A stretch of 63,390 bases of DNA, filler included, from Pelomyxa schiedti (taxonomy: Eukaryota; Protista; Evosea), in assembly GCA_020536535.1 (NCBI GenBank). It is 23 parts of 23 records of this genome, joined end to end, with 100 filler letters (N's around TTAATTAATTAA, not from the genome) between each part and the next. Parts side by side here need not be neighbours in the genome. Positions count along the whole stretch, not along the records: positions 57,088 to 60,277 come from JAHLWZ010001807.1; positions 60,378 to 61,577 come from JAHLWZ010002704.1; positions 61,678 to 63,390 come from JAHLWZ010002316.1; 20 more parts are not named here. One strand, 5' to 3'. Shown in pieces: positions 57,358 through 63,390 of this stretch (positions within the stretch are counted from its first letter, which is position 1; each line of letters opens with the position of its first letter). The position numbers were made by a program, and so were the translations under genes. The notes under the pieces are model-generated. The model was not told the origin of the DNA and did not search any database. It saw only the letters and a program-made list of their open reading frames with translations.

Positions 57358-60005
57358 ATGGCCGCAAACAAACTAGCCGTCAGTGCGGTGACAATGGTTG
57401 TTGACAACATTTTGGTAGTGCCTGGCGCAACGTACACTGGTCGGGTGGTCGATGGCCACCCCGACGGCAGGGGCACCCTAAAAAGTCCAGACGGCGACAC
57501 GTACGACGGTGTGTGGCTCAACGGAGCCATAACGGGCCGAGGGGTGTACAAGGGGCCCGATGGCGACACCCGCGAGGGAGAGTGGCTCGACAACAAGAGG
57601 GATGGGTGGGGTGTGGAACACTGTGCCGATGGCAGCTGGTTAGAGGGGCTGTGGAGGGACAACCACTTGAAAAGGGGAACGTGGCACGACAGCAACGGTG
57701 TGGATGTGAGGGATGGCGAGTGGGTGTATAACGCAACTGCAAATTATCATGAGATGCAGGGGTGGGGTGTGCAAAGGAGGACGACAACCAAAGGGGGGGC
57801 CACAGTAAAAATGGTGGTCACGGTGTATGAGGGTGAGTGGGACAGTGACAACTGGCACGGTGTGGGAACGTGGGTGTCACCTGGTGGCTCGGGTGACATC
57901 TACCATGGTCAATTCGATCACGGAATGAAATGTGGAGCAGGGAGTATCCTGTTTGGCGGTGGTGGCGATGGAGGCAACAACAGCAAGGGTGGGAGTTATG
58001 TTGGTGAGTGGAAGGATGATGTGTTCCATGGTCGGGGTGTGAGGCTGTGGGCAAACGGTGACAGGTATGATGGCCAGTGGGTGCAGGGGAAGGAGCATGG
58101 TGAAGGAACCAAGACGTGGAGCAGGGATGGATCGTCGTTCACTGGGTTGTGGGAGGGTGGTGTTCCAACAAAGGGGATGAGGAGGTGGCCAAACGGTGAC
58201 ATGTTTGAAGGCACATTCACACAAGTGCCCCAGGGGGGTGGTGGAAGCAACTGTGAGTTCCATGGGGAGGGTGCACTGACACTATCCAAGTCGCCATCTG
58301 GGGGTGTTGGCATGCTGAAGGGAACTCTCAACAACAACCTCTTTCAAGGTGTGAGTGCAGGAGTCCAACATCAAATGGGGTCATCACTTCCACAATTTGA
58401 ACACCATGAACAGATCGAGGTGTGTAGTTCTTTTTGATGGGGTTGTGGCTGCTTGGCTCACAAATAAAATACAATACAGAAACTGAAAAAAGACCACAAC
58501 AAAGAGAAAAGCGATCTTGAGGCAAAACTGAAAGAAGAAATGAGAGCAGCCAAAGAACACTGGGAAGTGTGTGCTGTGTCTCTTACTCTCTCTCTCTCTT
58601 TACAATCCAATTCATTGCTTCTGACACATGTTCCTTTCCCACTTAAAGCAAGTCACAGAAAGAAATAATGAACAGCACAGTGAGCAAATCAACCAAGTGA
58701 AGAAAAACCTCCAACAACTGCAAGAGAAACTACAAAAAACCCAAGAAGAAGATGATGAAAGGAAGTCAGTTCTCGCCAGCCATCCTGAACTGAGGGAAGC
58801 TTTCGAATCAGCAAAGTTGCTCCAGTCTCAGTTGATGACTTTCACACCAGAGTTCGTCCTGCTTGATGAATCAGTGAAAAAGCTGAATGACAGTCTCCAG
58901 CGAGCAACAGAATCCAACGAGGAACTGGCATCACACCTGAAGAAGCTCACTGAACAGAAAGGCACACTGGTGATGAAACTGAACGAATCAGATGAAGCAT
59001 GCAAGAAGCTCCTTGGGCAGACACTGACGGTGCATAACAGTGAGCCTGAGATCCAGGAGTGTGCCAGGAACATCTCAACACTCACAAAAAAGGTTTTGGG
59101 AATCAAGTCCTCTGCCACTTCAACGTACACTGGTCCGAAAGAAGAAGGTAAAAAAACACTCATTATCTGTTGACTTGACAAACAAAATAAAACAACACAG
59201 AGAGTGATGATGGCAACACAGTGGATGACATTCTGATGAAACCTCTTCTACAACTTCAACGTGATAATACATTCACACCACCATTCCAATTGCTGCGCAC
59301 TCTCTCAGACACACTCGCACAACTCCAGAGGTGCCAGTTTGCAGAGTGCACAAAGCTCGCCGACAAACACACAGTGCTGTCAAAGGAGCTGTCTGAGCAG
59401 GTTTCAATTGGAGGCACACTCCACAAGGCCATCGAGGACACACAGAGAGAATGTTCGGAGCTTCAGAGGGAACACAATGGCAAGTGGAAGCTTCAGCGAG
59501 GGTTGGAGGGTGATGAGAGGTTCATTGGGATGCCTTGTGTGTGGTCTCAGCTCTCTGAGTTGCTCCCTCAGGCTCAACAAGCCATCGTGGATCTCATGGT
59601 TTCCAAGGCAACGTCATCCCCTGCCTCTTTTGCATCATCTGGTTTTCACCACGACAACACTCATTCCAGCCAGCAACAACAACAACCAAGGTCATCAACA
59701 ACAACAGCAGGAGGAACAACACTTCCAGGATGCACAGCCGCATCAACAACATCAACAGTGTCACCAGCCTTGCCTTCATCATCAGTTTGCATGGAATGTG
59801 ACGAGAGGCCACCCGACGTGCAGTTGCAGCCTTGTGGCCACGTTGTCCTGTGCTCCCAGGTATGTGTGTCTTTCTGACTGTGTGAATCACGCTTTTTTTT
59901 CCCTCGAACCTAACAACCACACCCAACAAACACACACAGTGTGCAGCAGTCATGAAAAAGTGCCCTCGTTGTCGCTCCTTCATCAAGAACCAAATTCATC
60001 TGTAG
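57358..60005 (+). CDS. MORN-repeat, coiled-coil, RING (C3HC4) protein, multi-exon
   Basis: Many MORN repeats in 57358-58420, coiled-coil exons, and terminal CMECDERPPDVQLQPCGHVVLCSQ|CAAVMKKCPRCRSFI..HL*. Confidence 0.9.
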
Positions 60006-60075
60006 CTGCGAAGTGACATGAAATTCCAACAAAAACCTTGAGTCAAGTAAAAAAAAGCTCGCTCCTGCGATAGTG

Positions 60076-60277
60076 ATGCGACAAGGAGGGAGGACAAGCA
60101 GCACGCGGCGCGGTGCGGCGGCAGTGGTGGTCGCGGGGGCGCTGTGGTCCGGGGTCGCGGCGGGGGACGGCGACGAGTGGGTGGGCGGGGTGCCGCTGGA
60201 CGACGTCACCAACAGCTACACCGCGGCGTGCTACGTCTCGCTGGTCGTGGCGTGCTGCGTGCTCGGCGCGGCCAACA
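60076..60277 (+). CDS. 5' part of a membrane protein (signal-like segment plus TM)
   Basis: GC-rich ORF with AAAVVVAGALWSGVAA and CYVSLVVACCVLGAA; truncated by the contig end. Confidence 0.45.
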
Positions 60278-60519
60278 NNNNNNNNNNNNNNNNNNNNNNN
60301 NNNNNNNNNNNNNNNNNNNNNTTAATTAATTAANNNNNNNNNNNNNNNNNNNNNNNNNNNNNNNNNNNNNNNNNNNNCCGAACTACAACTACCGCAACCA
60401 CCGCCGCCGAAGCTCCCCGCGGATACCCATAAGTGACACCACCGCTGCCGCGGCGCCGCCTAATTGCAGCAATCCAATCACCGGCCACACCTCCTCAGTC
60501 TCAACTAATGCATCACATC

Positions 60520-61416
60520 ATGGTGCCTACAACAACGGTCCACTGGCTCCCTCCGACGACGCTGTTGTTGTTAATGCCGACGCGGCCACTGCGTCGAAAG
60601 ATTACAACAGGCACCTGAGCACTGTGGGCGACGCGGTGAGGCTCACGGTCGACACTGTTGGGGACACGTTGCATTGCGTGGGGCTTGCAGCACAGCTGGC
60701 TCTCTCGCTGTCGAGCACGTGCAGTTATCTGCGGAGGGTGTGCGACGCCGATGCCTTCTGGCACACTTTGTTCGTGTCTCATCGGGATGCACCTGTTGTC
60801 AGTATCAGCCACCCGGCGTACAGCGACATCCGATGTGGGCTGTGGAAGACTCTGTACAAAGTCTTCTGTGCCCGAATATCACTTCGGGATGAGCACTGCC
60901 TTGCAAGGCCTCGCAATTTCTGCACTGCTGTTGTTCTCCCTGAGATTGTACCATTTTATGATGCACTTTTTGAACCGCAGGTCATTCAGGAATTTGATGG
61001 TGTGGGTGATATTATTTAATGCCACACACACACACACTTACAAATGACCAACACTTTCGCAGTTCCTCCCCATTGTCACTTTGACCGTCCTGGATGTGTG
61101 GTTGCATCGCATCAAAGAAACCACAGGGTGAAGCTTCTCAGCAAGGGGAAACGATTCTGGGACATCAGTTTTGAATACGGACCACTGGGTTGCCACCGGC
61201 CACCAGTTGTTCGGCATGTCCGCAAAACAGGCAAAAACTTAGAATGCTACTTGAATGATGCAGAATGGGTTGGTGTGTGTGTGTGTGGATAAAACTCCTC
61301 TTTCTTCCTTTCCCTGACAGCCAACCTTTGTGTGAAGATATTCATGTGGATGGGAAATCATATCTCTTGCACTCCGCAACGAAGTTTTCTGCCGATTTCA
61401 ATTTCGCACTGGTTTG
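60520..61416 (+). CDS. F-box-like protein, multi-exon
   Basis: LTVDTVGDTLHCV...LSLSSTCSYLRRVCDADAFWHTLF matches the F-box 'l..vC+.w..l..d..lW' pattern. The start position is uncertain. Confidence 0.65.
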
Positions 61417-61677
61417 AATTTGATGAAATTCGTTTCATTCACACTCGAATCTAGGAATATATATCTCCGGGAAGTGAAATAAAAGTGGTGCGGTTTGTAA
61501 TTCCATTTAAAAGCTTCTCTAATCTCCAGAAACATTAACGGAAACAAGACAATGAATCCCACTGTAAGGCACATCTTNNNNNNNNNNNNNNNNNNNNNNN
61601 NNNNNNNNNNNNNNNNNNNNNTTAATTAATTAANNNNNNNNNNNNNNNNNNNNNNNNNNNNNNNNNNNNNNNNNNNN

Positions 61678-62106
61678 TGAAATAGCTTTGTCGATTGCAC
61701 CGAGTTTGTAGAATTCTGCTGCAACGTCAGACAGGCCTGATCCATCACGTAGCATCTTGAACCAGTGCCGTGCCCTATCTATATCGTAAGGCATAGGAAG
61801 ATCCATCCATTCTGCACTTCCAACGAACAGGTACTCGCGAGCAAGCCGTGACATGGCATCTACGTTGTTGTGAAAAGCAGCCTCTTCTAGCATTGCCGCA
61901 ACCATGATGCCATCTGGGATAAACCCGTAGAAGCTACTCTCGTACCATTGGGAGAGGCGCATGGCGTCTGAGCAATCGGGACGCTGTAAAAACCCATCCA
62001 TCATGTTGTTGTTTAATAACCTCGTTACGAACTTGTTCGCCTCGTCCTCCTCCGTTTGCCGCATTATTGCCCACTCCTCGTCCTCCTCCTCGTCCCTTTG
62101 TGCCAT
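61678..62106 (-). CDS. SEL1-like repeat protein, 5' part
   Basis: DAMRLSQWY..AAMLEEAAFHNNVDAMSRLAREYLF..DIDRARHWF. Confidence 0.65.
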
Positions 62107-63390
62107 TAAGAGTTTGCTGGTTCACCGAAAATGGCTTTTTTTTTGTTTTCTTTTTTCTTCTGCTGTTCCAAGTGGCACACACTGGGAAGGAGATAGGAAG
62201 ACTCTAACAAATAAACGGATGATGGTGGCCTGAGAGGTGTGCCAGAGAACAAAAAGTTGCGCCCATCACAGCCCCCTTTGTATTCCCCACTGTTGCCAAA
62301 TTTGAGTGGCATGTATCCTCCACATACATCTATTGTGGCACATTTAGTATTATTTGAGATATGTGGTTCCAAAGGGTTTTAAAATAGTCCGCAGGGTTCT
62401 CAATTGTGGCAGGTCCTGGTCCCTATGTTCTTCTGTTAAAAGATAGTAAAGAAGTGGAGGGGAGTGTTTCTATTAGGGGAACCGAATGACGGAAGGCTTG
62501 GATTGTGGTTCTTCATAGCGGAATACTGGCCCTGCATTAAGTCTCGCAATCTTGCTATGTGTGGCATCAACTGTGAAGGCGAATTTTAGAGTGCTTAAAA
62601 GATCTTTGATTTTTACAGTATGTGAGTGATGTGGGGATGGCAGTGGAAATATATAGGCCGAGGGAAAAACCTGAAGGAAGGAGCTTCAGGGCCTTGATGG
62701 CAGAGGTAAGGTCATTGCAGTCAAGTTGTGATGCCTCAAGTGGTGCTGAGGCAACTAGAGGCAATGTTTTCGTACTTGGGAACTGAGATCTCGAAGCTGC
62801 TGCATGAATGGAAGGAACCCTGAAGCTCACAAATCCAAATGGGTCTTCTTCACCCACTATTTGATTTGAAATCTCAATACACGAAACCTGTAATTGTAAT
62901 TAGACCATAAAAAAAGAAAGGTTGAACGTAAACTGAACTTGGGCGCACACCCCACAATCTATTACTGAAAGCTGATCCTCTTTCACGTGTAGTTGACGCA
63001 TGAGGGCGTAATGTTTGGACTGCTGTTTCGTTTCAATGAAACTGCAGAGTTCATTCTCTTTATCTTTAAGTAACTTACGCAGTTCGTGTATCTTGATTTG
63101 CTAAGCATCAGAGGAAAGGTGGGAGCATTCAGGTGACAAACCGTTTCTTTAACGGCATAGCAGTGGTTCCTCTGTTCGGTTTCTATATCCCGGTTTAGTG
63201 TTTCAAGTTGTGACTTGAAGGCCTTGCAAAAAGTATTGAGTGCTGCTCACCGTTGATTGCCGAATTGGGGATCGTCGTGATCGTGATCGGATTGATGCAA
63301 TTGCCAAAGCCCTGCCTCTCAGCCATTTTGCCAAGCCTCTCTCGTGGGAGAGGCTGCTGGTGGGGTGGTCGTTGAGGTTTGGTTTTGGAG
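62106..63390 (-). CDS. Multi-exon hypothetical protein, 3' part
   Basis: Successive open frames separated by GT-AG intron-like AT-rich gaps; no recognisable domain. Confidence 0.4.

Overview
This is not one locus. It is about 23 short eukaryotic contigs joined by an artificial spacer (N-run, TTAATTAATTAA, N-run), with three more internal 100-N scaffold gaps. Genes have short GT-AG introns with CTRAC-like branch points and often GC/CpG-rich 5' ends. The gene content resembles an amoebozoan protist such as the archamoeba Pelomyxa; this is inference, not verified. Recognisable genes are an ankyrin-like repeat protein, a MacroD-type macrodomain protein, a Chibby homologue, a damaged class I cyclic-nucleotide phosphodiesterase, a rearranged kinase-SEL1 gene, a Not4-type RING, an FN3/glycine-rich protein, a MORN/coiled-coil/TM receptor-like kinase, a class IV aminotransferase, an MFSD1-like transporter, a Parkin-like RBR ligase, a MORN-RING ligase and an F-box protein. 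Other elements are a PIF/Harbinger-ISL2EU-like transposon fragment, a decayed retroelement protease, an Fe/Mn-SOD pseudogene and a ~100-bp satellite. The most unusual signals are (i) an expanded intronless family, at least 9 copies on 3 contigs, with a conserved 'ARxQxxAL..(RCG)..W..VSxTLGV' N-terminal module and a hypervariable beta-rich body, three copies of which lie inside long diverged inverted repeats; (ii) two HTH/Myb proteins with a possible alpha-crystallin-like C-terminus, one paired head-to-head with a transposase; and (iii) a Parkin-like ligase with extra zinc fingers inserted between RING0 and RING1. All family assignments come from motif recognition by eye; no searches were run.
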